From Eledone cirrhosa (Eukaryota), in contig OZ024741.1 of the NCBI GenBank assembly GCA_964016885.1, positions 269,762,001-269,826,000 on the forward strand: 64,000 bases of DNA, in the 5' to 3' direction. Shown piece after piece: positions 1-12,800 of the stretch. Within the stretch, counting starts at the first letter, position 1. Each line of letters begins with the position of its first letter. A program made the position numbers and the translations under genes. Under the pieces are notes generated by a model. It saw nothing but the letters and a program-made list of their open reading frames with translations, searched no databases and was not told the DNA's origin.

Positions 1-2147
1 AAAGAGATCACTCCCCCTTCGCCTCCTGGTGACCAGGCCGCGCGATTTCCATGGGGGTGTTGGAGGGGTTGTCTGGATGGGTGGTGATTTCCGGCGGGGT
101 GGGGACGCAGATGTTTGGTGGGGTGGGGTCTGGTGGGATGGGGGTGTCTGGGGTGGGGAGGCATTTGAGAAGGACGCGGTTGAGTGGTTTCATGCAGGAA
201 TTACCCACATCCTTCTCAAATGTTTCTTTTAGGGACCTATAAGTTTGTATAGGGACCCTAATCAGTTTTAGGTTCAGTTTTTTGCTATTTTTAATAGAGT
301 GGGCGAAAGTTTTCCCTTCGGTGAAAACCGAAGGGTCCTTCGTGATGGTTTCCATTGGTGTTTTGTTTTCAGTGTTTATGTAAGTGTAAGTGTAATTTTC
401 TTGTGTTGTGTTTGTTTTTGTCTGTAGTTCTTGAGTGTGCTTTCGTTTTGTTGTAGGTATTTTGTTTTCAGGAGGTGGACGTTTTGTTTGTGATAATTTT
501 GTTGTTTGTGTTGGTGGTTGTATGTTTGTGGTAGTGTTTGCTGGTTTTTTGCTTTTGTGATGTCTTTTCTTTCTTTTCGAGCGATGGGGTTCTCCCTCGT
601 CTTCACTGGGTGATGGCGAGATAGCCTCATCTGTTGTATCGTCTGTGTGATTGGGGAGGGGTATGTCTTGGGGAGCTGTTGTGTCTGTATGTGATTTTGC
701 AGTGGTTTTAGGTGGAGTGGGGTTGGGTGGGACTGTGTTTGTTGTGGTTATTTTTGTGTGTTGGTGTTGTTGTTGTTGTGGTGGTGGTGGTGGTGGTTGT
801 GTTGTTTTGATGGGTGTCGGCAGAAGAGCCTTTTTTGGTTCATTAATTTAGGACAGGAAGCCCTCAGGTGACCCCTGCTAAAGCAATGGTAACATGAAGG
901 CCGCCTACCCTCAACCGAAAAGTTTATGTAGGTGAGTCCGTCCAGGAGTACACGCTGTGGGATCATAGCTATTCGCTCTGGGCTCATTTGCACCAGAACT
1001 TCAATGCTAGTCCCATTGAATACATCTCTGGGGGACTTTCCTACTGACAGTATTCTGTCTTCATCAAAATTGATGAAGCCGCACAGTATCCACCATATGT
1101 TCACCTTTGGTGTGACACTCGTTATTCTGATCGTTTGTGTCCTTTTTCCCATGTATGTAGGGAAAAAGGTGTACAGGTTGGATACAATTGGCGACACAGA
1201 GTAATTTTGGGCCGTCATTTGATCCTTCATGAGTACCGAAATACTCCCAAAAAGTTTGCTTCTTTGAATGAATGCAATATCATTCATTGAATTTTGAAAA
1301 CCAATTCAATTTCTTTCTGTGACAATTGGACTGGTTTTCAGGTAGAATTGGAAACTGTCCTAAAAACTATCGTTTTGAGAGCAGTTTCCTTGCGAATTTC
1401 TACCGGAGAATTGATGCTGAAAGCACCATTTTTTTCGAAAGTGACATATCTCTTAGCGTCCTTTAAAAGTTGTTCAGCATTTGTTATGTCGAGATATATC
1501 AATTCTTCCTTCTTTTGAACTTTCTCTGCAAGGAAATTTTTGGTTTCTTTGTGGAATCCGTATTGGTGGTGTTGTCATTATTGTTGTTATTGTTGTTGTT
1601 ATTCTTGTTGTCACCGATGTTGGTATCATCCGTATTTTCCTTGGTGTTGTTGTTGTCTTTGATGCTGGTGTTATTGGTGTTGTCTTTATTTTTTTCTTTG
1701 TTGTTGTTATCATTGTTGCTTTTATCATCATTATTGGTTTTGCTGTTATTTTTGTTGTCATTGAACTGTTTGGTGTCATTTGTGTTGTTTGGATATGAAT
1801 TGGTTTTTAATTTTCATTTTGTCTTTCCATCTCTATAGTATCTAGTGAAGAAAACGTTGTTGACTGCGAGCTTTGTAGTCTTACCACCTCTCCACCACCA
1901 TTATCGTTGGACGCAGCGCAGCGTTCATAACGTAATCAAAATTTTACAATATTTTTTCCAAGATTCGATGGAGAAAAATTTTTTAAATGGATATTCCGCC
2001 CCTGTAGGGGCGAAAATGAGTTGACCCACCACCTGAAGGTCCAGACGGGTGGTCAAGTTACACAATGATATAAAATTTAACTAAAAACTCACGTTTTTTT
2101 CTTACATAAATTAACGGAAACTTCTCCGCGAAGCTACACACGTCTGA
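1..2147 (-). mobile_element. 5' part of an L1/Tx1-type non-LTR retrotransposon (5'UTR plus decayed gag-like ORF1); continues off the window start
   Basis: Minus ORF 748-1287 has a CCHC knuckle (CYHCFSRGHLRASC). Upstream coding-like sequence (EELIYLDITNAEQLLKDAKRYVTFEK...) is broken by a stop and a frameshift. Low-complexity T/P/K-rich segments run to a stop at position 8. The 5' end reads ATCAGACGTGT next to the (ATCT)n tract. Confidence 0.65.
748..1287 (-). pseudogene. LINE ORF1 fragment with CX2CX4HX4C zinc knuckle
   Basis: ORF track protein ...VEGRRPSCYHCFSRGHLRASCPK..., preceded by an RRM-like region typical of L1/Tx1 ORF1p. Confidence 0.7.
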
Positions 2148-2152
2148 TAGAG

Positions 2153-2235
<83 letters not shown>
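2146..2235. repeat. (GATA)n microsatellite
   Basis: Direct reading. Confidence 0.97.
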
Positions 2236-2236
<1 letters not shown>

Positions 2237-2530
2237 TAAAGCTAAGTAGAAATATGTAGGGGGGGGGGGTCAATCAGAATGCTGAATCGACGTAAGATTG
2301 ATTCTCACATATGAAATATAATTTCTCATGGAAATCCAAACACAGATTTATTGTTGATATAGCTATAAATTGTGTCAAACATAAAGAAAAAGAAAACAGT
2401 ATTGGAAAGGACTGTAACTGTCATAAATGAGTGAAAAGGAGAGGAAGAAGAAGGACTATTAGACAAATAAAAAAGAAATGGCGAAGGGAAGAGGGTGATA
2501 GACTTTACACCTTGGTCAGAGCGGTGTTTC

Positions 2531-2832
2531 CATTGCCGGATTTACCTTTGTGCTTAGGTATGTTTAAGCATGTCAACTTATCGACTGGACTTGATCTTTG
2601 CTCTTTGAACTCTGCTGCTGGTTATCAAACTTTGTGGAGAAAGATATCTCATGTTGATGCGGAGTCTGCAACTGGCGGAGTTTAGCGTCACAAGGGGATG
2701 TTTAAGCACAGGTTCGCGTTGGCCAGGGGGCATTTTCCTCCCCCACAAAATTTTTTTACGATGAATTTTTCAAATGTTTGGGACCTCATAACTTAACTAA
2801 CACAGGGCCTCATTTGTCCTAATGCGGCACTA
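2531..2832. mobile_element. hAT-type MITE with 8-bp target-site duplication
   Basis: Imperfect TIRs CATTGCCGGATTTA ... TAATGCGGCACTA. GGTGTTTC is duplicated at 2523-2530 and 2833-2840. Confidence 0.75.
2571..2697 (+). mobile_element. Severely 5'-truncated RTE LINE 3' end inserted in the MITE
   Basis: Closely matches 32102-32211, the RTE 3' end. Flanked by the 11-bp TSD ATGTTTAAGCA at 2560-2570 and 2698-2708. Confidence 0.85.
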
Positions 2833-3180
2833 GGTGTTTCGGTTGCGCCCTGCGGACAAAATGGTCAAATTAGTTGAAAAACGTCGATTAGCTAGCTGAG
2901 GATTAGAGTTGCAATGAGAAGACAAAAACTTCCTCCAGGCGTTGTGTTCAAAATCTAAAACCAATAAGCAACGTAGACAACCACAATAATATTAACTAAT
3001 ACGAATTTTTTTTCTAATAAAGACAATAGAGTTAGGAGTGTACGTTTTCTTTAAGTCAACTAATGAAGACAATTGAGGTGTTTCAATTGTGTTCGATTGT
3101 ATCAAGTAGAAATATATTCACCTCAGTCGATAAACCTAGAGATGGGCATTATATATATACATATAATGCTCATCTCTCTG

Positions 3181-3275
<95 letters not shown>

Positions 3276-3312
3276 TAAAATATTAACAAATGCAGATACT
3301 CACATAATCAAT

Positions 3313-3385
3313 ATATATGCTTTATTATATATATTTCGAAGGTACTGTGTTGTTTTTTCAGTACGTCCTCGTCAGATGAAATGTA
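3313..3385 (-). ncRNA. Minimal hammerhead ribozyme motif (left pLTR of PLE A)
   Basis: Reverse complement reads CTGACGA-GGACGTACTG-loop-CAGTACCTTC-GAAA-TATATA-TA-ATAA. Confidence 0.7.
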
Positions 3386-3568
3386 TGATTTGATATATGA
3401 CATAACTCTACGGTCTTGATATTTCAATTCCAGTATTGGCAGTGATTTATTTCATCAAATCTCAACATTTATATACCACAAATAATAATATGATAAACAT
3501 AAAGAAGAAAGGACATGGAGCGGATTAGAGATATACGAGAGGGTGTAAAGAGGAGGAAGGCAAGAAAA

Positions 3569-3624
<56 letters not shown>

Positions 3625-3889
3625 AAAAATAAGAAAAAATAAATAAATACATACATAAATATTTAAATGAATAAAAATAAATAATAGGATTCATTTATAG
3701 AGGAAGAAGAAAGGAGAAATAACGACAAAAGAGAGGGAACATAAAATATATGTTAGGATATATAGAAAAAAAACCGTTGTTTTCAAATATTAGGTCAATT
3801 GAGGCAACCAATCAATTACCATAAACCATTGAATATCTCTTGTATTTCATATGGTTAAGCTAATTATACCATATTATATTATATCAATA

Positions 3890-5804
3890 TAAATCAGATC
3901 TCGGAATAATTAGTAAAAACATAATAGGTAGGATTTTACCAATGCTTAAATTGAGGTCAAGGCTAAATATATGGAAGGGCACTAGTGAAGTCATAGATTG
4001 GTTCAATAATATCGAAAATAAGAATAATCATAAGTTCATTCAAATGGACATAGCGAGTTATTATTCCTCGATAACTCCTAACCTACTAAATAAGGCGCTA
4101 CCATATGCATATAAACACACGGATCTATCTAGTGATGAGATAAACATTATTCTAACGGCAAGGTGAACATTGATAGATTTTAATAATGATATTTGGACCA
4201 GATCGGATAGGCTGAAGAACTTTGACATTACTATCGGCTCGTCTGATTCGGCACAAGCTACCGATCTTGTGGGAATTTTCATCCTTAACATTATAAATAG
4301 AAAACTGCCGGAGATTACCGGGGGTTTATATAGAGACGACATATTATTTATTGTAGAAAAACATAATAATAGCGAATTAAATAGAGTAAAGAAAATAATT
4401 ATAGATTTTTTTAAAAATTACGACCTGAAATTAGAAGTTGAAAATAACAATAAAATAGTTAATTTTTTAGATGTAACTCTTAATTTGAACTCAGGCCTTT
4501 ATTATCCTTTCCATAAACTCAATGAGAACTTAAATTATGTTAGTTTTTATTCTAATCATCCTAAAAGTGTTAAGAATGCAATAGTTAACAGTGTGCAACG
4601 AATATCCAGGCTATACACTAATAGATCCATATTTAATAGTAAGGCTGTATATTATAATGAAGCGTTACATAAAGCTGGATATAACAGTAATATTGAGTAT
4701 GTGGAAAAAAAACACTGAAAATAATATTAATTATAATCACAGTTTCATAATAATAATAATATAATAATAATAATAAGTCCAGTCCCGCTTTTTGGAACAC
4801 TTCAAAAGGCTTGCTTGCTGGGAAAAGCAAGAACCCTCCGATACGTCCTGAATATCTGAGGCTGCAGGTAGCGGCTTGATATTCATTTCAACAAACTTTC
4901 CAGTTAAATAACATCAATGACTGAGACACAAAGAATAACAATAATAACATTTACTATAAAAACAACAACTTGAGGAATAAATCAGGGAAAAAAATAAGAA
5001 CTAGATCTATAATTTGGTATGCTCCGCCAGCATCTGTAGCTATTAAAACACCTTTAACACACTTATTTTTTAAAGCCTTGGATAAATGCTTCCCTAGATC
5101 ACATAAATATTACTCTATCTTCAATAGACACAGTTAAACTCTCTTATTCAACAACTATGAATATTGCTCAAAATATAGCAAAAATAAATAGTACAAATCT
5201 TAATTCGAGCCAGCATATAAATAGCGATAATAACAATAATAATAATAATACACTAGTTTATGGGAAAAACAATAATAATAGTTTAAATATGAATAATAGT
5301 AGAACACCTATGAATAGTTTAGGGTATAGAAATAACATCGAGAAGAAATGTAACTGTAGAAAGAAGTCAGAATGTCCCTTACAAAATAACTGCCTTGACA
5401 AGAATCTGTATATAAATGTACCATTAAGACAAATAATAATATATACAACTACATTCGTGCCACTTCATCTAAATTTAAGGTTCGTTGGTACAGTCATAAA
5501 AATTCTTTTTCTAATCCAGATAAAAAAATGTTCAACTTCACTCTCACAATTAATATGGTCTTTGAAGGGCAAGAATATTAAATACTCTTGGACTCGGTTA
5601 AAAAATGCCAATTCCTATCGGAACGTTTCCATTTCGCTAAATTGCAATCTTTGCAATCTTGAGACTCTATTGATAATTACAAATTATGACAATTTAATTA
5701 ACAAGAAGAGTAAATTATTTAGCAGCTGCCAACATAAATTCGGTAAACATTCCAGGCATTGTACAAGTTTCGAAAAAATATTGACAATTAATAATAATTT
5801 TTAA
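3890..5804 (+). pseudogene. PLE reverse transcriptase / GIY-YIG endonuclease ORF, disrupted
   Basis: ORF pieces 3942-4166, 4170-4718 and 5157-5804 are separated by stops, frameshifts and a nested insertion. Confidence 0.85.
4775..4950 (+). mobile_element. 3' end of an R4/Dong-type RLE LINE inserted in (TAA)n inside PLE A
   Basis: Reads LQKACLLGKARTLRYVLNI*, a Dong-like C-terminus, followed by a short 3'UTR. TAA-type repeats lie on both sides. Confidence 0.7.
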
Positions 5805-6759
5805 AAATATATATTTAAATTTTTTTGCCTTACTAGGGTAATAATTTATTGATGTTTTATCTATTAGAATAATTTCATTAAGAGTCTTTGTATCCTATGT
5901 TTTGTTTAGGACAGTTCAATATTTAACTTGACAATTGTTGATTTATGGTTTAGAATTATCACTAGATTTCAGAGTAGTTAAATGTTCACATATGGCGAAT
6001 GAGTTATCTTCCTTTTGTTTACATTCTTCGTAAATATTTTTATTCTGTTTTAATAGCTTACTAAATTATATTTGACATGAATTATGTAGTTTAATAATAT
6101 AAGAATATCTTTAAAAGGAAACTATAATAATATATAATTACAGAAGTAAATATAAATTAACGGAATAAAACTTTTGATAGTAAATATAACAGCAATTTAA
6201 TCCTGTAATTATCTGATAATTAAAGAATAGAAATGATTTTATAAAGTAAATATCCTATTTAAATAAAATAATTCGGCTAAAAAATGATCTTAATATATTA
6301 TATATATTGATGGTGAGATATGCATGTATTTTAATATATATTTTAAATGTATGTTTAATAATTATTTAAATTTGTTTTAAAGATAAATTTTTTTTTAAGT
6401 TGTATATATTACTTAAACTAAAATTATATTATATTAATTACATAAATTTTTAATTAAACCAATTATGTAACGGCTATAAAAAGTAATGTAAATTGACTAA
6501 TTTTGATATAATATAAGTATAATTAGCTTAACCATAATCAAATACAAGAGATATTCAATGGTTTATGGTAATTGATTGGTTGTCTCAATTGACCTAATAT
6601 TTGAAAACAACGGTTTTTTCTATATATCCTAAAATATATTTTATGTCCCCTTTCTTTTCTCGTTATTTCTCCTTTCTTCTTCCTCTATAATGAATCCTTT
6701 TATTTATTTGTATTCATTTAAATATTTATGTATGTATTTATTTATTTTTTCTTATTTTT

Positions 6760-6831
<72 letters not shown>

Positions 6832-7015
6832 TTTTCTTGCCTTCCTCCTCTTTACACCCTCTCATATATCTCTAATATGCTCCATGTCCTTTCTTCTTTA
6901 TGTTTATCATATTATTATTTGTGGTATATAAATGTTGAGATTTGGTGAAATAAATCACTGCCAATACTGGAATTGAAATATTAAGACCGTAGAGGTATGT
7001 CATATATCAAATCAT

Positions 7016-7087
7016 ATATGTTATCTGACGAGGACGTACTGAAAAAACAACACAGTACCTTCGAAATATATATAATAAAGCATATAT
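7016..7087 (+). ncRNA. Minimal type I hammerhead ribozyme motif (right pLTR of PLE A)
   Basis: TTAT-CTGACGA (7025-7031), stem II GTACTG/CAGTAC, GAAA (7063-7066), palindromic TATATA, TA, then ATAA closing stem I. Confidence 0.75.
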
Positions 7088-7145
7088 TTTGTAAACTGTA
7101 TTCCTGTATTCATTGAATAATCAATGAACCATATTAATCTTTGGT

Positions 7146-7189
<44 letters not shown>

Positions 7190-7194
7190 CATAT

Positions 7195-9590
7195 TGAAAG
7201 GATAACAAGGACGATTGGTTACTCCTTCATTACATTTATTGGTAGATGACGCGCGTTTCGCCACTGATCAGCTCAAGGTTCGATCTGTATCGATCTTACC
7301 CGACTCAATAATCGGCAGCTCGACGGACCCTTTAAATGGTATAAGAAAATGAATACATGCTATGTGATAAAGTCAGAAGTTCATAGGTTGTACAATATGA
7401 GTTGTTTTGATTGGTGGAAATGATCATAGGGATGTATTGGCCTGTCGTGTATGTGGGGGGTGGATTGGTTGGTTCCACAATCAGATGGTTGTTTATATAT
7501 TGTCAAAGTTCTTTCGTCACACATTCTGTGACCTCTTCAATGACTGGGGATTCTTTTCTTTGTTTTTGTGCCTCTCCTTTGTTCTGTCCTACGCCATCTT
7601 GTTTTTGTGTGTGTGTTGTGTGCTTAGTTTGCGCATGTGTTACATCCGGGTGTCTGTGTGTGTTTATATTCGTTTATTTATTTGTTTATTTACATGTTAC
7701 TGGTTAGTTGTTTGTTCTATGTGCGTGTGTGTTTTCATTTTGTCCTTAATTGTAAGTTGTGATGTTGCTGTTCCACTCATGTTTTCTATTTAATTTTGGT
7801 TGGAGTTCATTTATTGCCTCTGTGATTTGTCTAAACATTGCGTCTTTTCTGTGTGTAGATTTTATTTTTATTTCTATGTTCTCTAATTTACCCTTATGTT
7901 CTATTTTAGCATGTTGGTAGAGTACAGATGATTCTTTACTATCTTGAAGGTCTCGCCAGTGTTCATTTAGCCGTTCCCCTATACTACGAGCTGTCTCACC
8001 TATGTACATTATATTTTTATCTCTACATTGTCCTTCAGTACATCTTATGCTATATACTACATTTCTAGTTTTACAGTTGGGGTTGTATCGATGAACATTA
8101 CACTCTGGTATTTATTGTTATCATACCATGAGTTTATTCTATTAGCCTTATTCCTAGTTCTTTCTATTCTATTCCAAAATTTGCTCCTGTACAAGGGGCA
8201 GGTCCCATTTGTGTCATTATTTACCATTTTTTCCCATTTGGTTCTGGCTCCTCTATACACTCTGATTTTATCTCTCTGATTGTTACCAGAGAACTGCATA
8301 CGGTGGATGAAGTGTTGTATGTGTCTCTCTAGTTCTTCGGGGTTGCACATGCGGGACACGTTCTCATCACCCGTACCAAATCCGCAAGTACAGGTAATCG
8401 ATGTGTCAAGTACGGGTAATCGATGGTTGGGGTGTTTGCTTGGGTAGTCATTAGTAACTCTAATACTCTGGTGGATGTAGTTAGATATTTGCTGGATGCT
8501 TTCCATTGTGTTTTTCTCTAATTCCTGACTGTTCTCTGGTGAGGGTGTTTTAATTACGATGTTTATATCATCAGCGTAGCGGGAGTACATTATCAGGGTT
8601 AAGGGGTCTTCTAATTGTTCTTTAAGTTTAAGTTTAAGTCTACTGTCCCACCGTACCATGAATAGGTTAGCTATGTCGCCTGCAATGCTAACACCAATGG
8701 CTGCTACCTCCTCTTGGTTATATGTTTTTCCATTAAATTTGAATATATGTTCCTTAAGGGTTAATTTTATACTGCCCCCCACCGCATGTGCAATCATTTT
8801 CTTTAGGTCATCGTGGTTTTCGGGGGTCCGTATGGCTCTGGTCCACCCGTTCCATCTATCTGTGTGGGTTTTCTTGGCCATTGAGGTAATGGTAGGTGGT
8901 CTGCCTCTTGCTGGTCTTGTAGGACACAGGTTGCTAAGGTCATATGTATCTAGATAATTATTACTATAGGTAAGTTTAAGTAGGAGTCCCAGATCACTGG
9001 TATCAATCCCACGGAACTCAACATTGCTCTCACTGATCATTTCTACGCATTTCTCCACAGCCAAATCCACGTCAATAGATGGATACAGGGACACAACATC
9101 CATACTGCCTATTATGCAGTTTCTTAGGTCCCTAGATCGGTTACTCTCGCCGATTCTGCTGAGGAGGTCCTCCGTGCTGTCACATACATCTGGGGACATT
9201 TCAATGATGGGGCGTATGATCAGGGAGAGGAAGTAGGACAGTCTGTAGTTACTAACAATGTTAGCTCCACAGACTGGCCGTGTTGGTGGTCCTGTGACAG
9301 AGTCACTGCTCGTTTTATGGTCTTTTCGAAGACGATACAACGCTGGCACGTCATTGTTCCAGGCCTGGAAGTTGTTGGCAGTCCTTTTGTTGGGATGCAT
9401 TATATTTGTCCACATCATCATATGGGCATTGAGAGCTTTTTCTCTATCCTCATGCTGTTGTGGTGTTACATCTCTTGTGTTAGTGATGTGGGGTTGCATT
9501 GCCTGGATGTAGTTTGGCAGACTGTCAACCGACATTCTGCCATTACGCGAGCACTGCATGAGCTTACGCAAGCCATTTGCAGATTTTTCG
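7195..9590 (-). mobile_element. Penelope-like element B, inverted and internally deleted copy
   Basis: Minus ORFs 8057-9571 and 7746-8009 are near-identical to parts of the 861-aa plus ORF (YADD here, YVDD there). Internal deletions near 9540, 8390 and 8078. Carries a longer 3'UTR. Confidence 0.92.
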
Positions 9591-9804
9591 TAGACAACAG
9601 AACATGGTGGTTTTCAGTATCTTGTTAGCCTGGCTAAGGCTTACGATATTTCGTTTCTGAATTTGTTTTGCAAGATTCTTTATCTGAAAACGTGTGTTGA
9701 AACCGACATTGTTATACTTTGGGAGGGTCATGTTGCCAATAAGAAACACACGCACCAGTTGCTTTCACTTCAATTTATTATAATAAATTTATAAATCTAG
9801 GAAT

Positions 9805-12800
9805 TTCCGAAGTATGCCACATTTAATAAGGTAAACATGATTAAATGCTTGTCAGAAATAGAAAAATCATTTACAAAATTACGTTGGAGCCTCAAAAACA
9901 AAAACAAAAACAAAAAAAAAAGTAACAACATACGCACACACACACATATACAACAGACATCCCAACAACAACAGACACACAAACACAAACAACAATAACA
10001 ACAACACACACATCAACAATAATAACATACTCAGAAACAACAAGAACTGACACGCAGACACAAACAACAATAACAACACACACAACAATAATAACATACA
10101 CGGAGACAACAACAACGCACATCAACAACAGCACACATCAACAACAACAGCACACATCAACAACAACAACAACACACACACATTCAATGCCTCTCACCAC
10201 CACCAAAATCTTAACAAACACACAGACACAAAAAACAGGTAATGACAGTAGCACATAAATAAGGGAAGGTAATAGGATTGAAAGGAGAAGGGAGACTATG
10301 GACAGAGAAAATAACCAAGACGAACACACAGACACACAACATAGATAATAACAATGAGCCAGAGGAAAGAGACAGGAGTAATAATGAGAGACATAGAAAC
10401 AACCATGAGGCTGTTGGTGGAAATAGAAATAGAAACAACACAACTAACAATAACAATAACACTAGTACACATAAAGCAGCAGCCTGGAACTCTACTTTTT
10501 ATAATCCCTCCGATAAGTCGTTCGACCTGCGACGAGTCCACGCCACGACTTTAGCTTTTAACAAACGCACGCAATTGCCGTCGCAGGTCGATGAACAAAC
10601 AGAAGCACAATTTAGTATAGCTAGATCTAAACTTAGAAATATTATAGAACGGTATAGCGAGAAGCATAATAGAATGGAGGCCCAGCAACTGGGAGAAAAA
10701 TCTGCAAATGGCTTGCGTAAGCTCATGCAGTGCTCGCGTAATGGAGAGATAGCATGCTTTCCAACAGACAAGTCTGGCAGAATGTCGGTTGACAGCCTGC
10801 CAAACTACATCCAGGCAATGCAACCCCACATCACTAACACAAGAGAAGTAACACCACAACAGCATGAGGATAGAGAAAAAGCCCTCAATGCCCATATGAT
10901 GATGTGGAAAAATATAATGCAGCCCAACAAAAGGACTGCCAACAACTTCCAGGCCTGCAACAATGACGTGCCAGCGTTGTATCGTCTTCGAAAAGACCAT
11001 AAAACGAGCACTGACTCTGTCACAGGACCACCAACACGGCCAGTCTGTGGACCTAACATTGTTAGTAATTACAGACTGTCCTACTTCCTCTCCCTGATCA
11101 TACGCCCCATCATTGAAATGTCCCCAGATGTATGTGACAGCACGGAGGACCTCCTCAGCAGAATCGGCGAGAGTAACCGATCTAGGGATCTAAGAAACTG
11201 CATAATAGGCAGTATGGATGTTGTGTCCCTGTATCCATCTATTGACGTGGATTTCGCTGTGGAGAAATGCGTAGAAATGATCAGTGAGAACAATGTTGAA
11301 TTCCGTGGGATTGATACCAGTGATCTGGGACTCCTTCTTAAACTTACCTATAGTAATAATTATCTACATACATATGACCTTAGCAACCTGTGCCCTCAAA
11401 GACCAGCAAGAGGCAGACCACCTACCATTATCTCAATGGCCAAGAAAACTCACACAGATAGATGGAACGGGTGGACCAGAGCCATACGGACACCCGAAAA
11501 CCACGATGAACTAAAGGAAATGATTGCACATGCGGTGGGGGCCAGCATAAAATTAACCCTTAAGGAACATATGTTCAAATTTAATGGAAAAACATATGCC
11601 CAAGAGGAGGGGGCAGCCATTGGTGTTAGCATTGCAGGCGACATAGCTAACCTATTCATGGTATGGTGGGACAGTAGACTTAAACTTAAACTTAAAGAAC
11701 AATTAGAAGACCCCTTAATCCTGATAATGCACTCCCGCTACGTTGATGATATAAACATCGTAGTTAAAACACCCCCAATAGAGAACAGTCAGGAATTAGA
11801 GAAAAACACAATGGAAAGCATCCAGCAAATATCTAACTACATCCACCAGAGCATTAGAGTTACTATAGACTATCTAAGCAAACACCCCAACCATCGATTA
11901 CCTGTACTAGACACAGAGCTCTGGTTAGATACCATTAATAACAAAAAACAAATCCTCCATTCCCATTATGCCAAACCCATGACTTCCAAATATCTGATAC
12001 ACCGAAACTCAGCTGTTTCGGACCATACCAAAATCAACATACTGATTGCGGATTTGGTACGGGTGATGAGAAACGTGTCCCGCATGTGCAACCCCGAAGA
12101 ACTAGAGATACACATACAACACTTCATCCACCGTATGCAGTTCCCTGGTAACAATCAGAGAGATAGAATCAGAGTGTATAGAGGAGCCAGAACCAAATGG
12201 GAAAAAATGGTAAATAATGACACAAATGGGACCTGCCCCTTGTATAGGAGCAAATTTTGGAATAGAATAGAAAGAACTAGGAATAAGGCTAATAGAATAA
12301 ACTCATGGTATGATAGCAATAAATACCAGATTGTAATGTTCATCGATACAACCCCTAGAGATGAATTAGCTTACAAGTTTAGAAGGGCCCTAGATAAACA
12401 TAAACTCAATATTAAGATAGTAGAAAGACCAGGTACCTCCATAAAAACACTTATTAGCAATACATACCCTTTTGAAAGACCTCCCTGTATAGATAAGAAA
12501 TGTATAATCTGTAAATTAAGCCCCCATATTAACTGTAAAACTAGAAATGTAGTGTATAGCATAAGATGTACTGAAGGACAATGTAGAGATAAAAATATAG
12601 TGTACATAGGTGAGACAGCTCGTAGTGTAGGGGAACGGCTAAATGAACACTGGCGAGACCTTCAAGATAGTAAACAATCATCTGTACTCTACCAACATGC
12701 TAAAATAGAACATAAGGGTAAATTGGAGAACATAGAAATAAAAATAGAATCTACACACAGAAAAGACGCAATGTTTAGACAAATCACAGAGGCAATAAAT

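Larger units (their letters stand above)
3313..7140 (+). mobile_element. Penelope-like element A (5'-truncated, decayed RT + GIY-YIG) with ~575-bp inverted pseudo-LTRs, between (TA)n tracts
   Basis: RT motifs FIQMDIASYYSSI and GLYRDD; Cys linker CNCRKKSECPLQNNCL; C-terminal CNLCNLE. 3313-3887 is the reverse complement of ~6503-7087. Confidence 0.9.

Noticed and set aside
8658-12607. Several antisense ORFs of 60-150 aa over the PLE B copies
   Set aside because: Shadow frames of the RT ORF, duplicated only because the element is duplicated.
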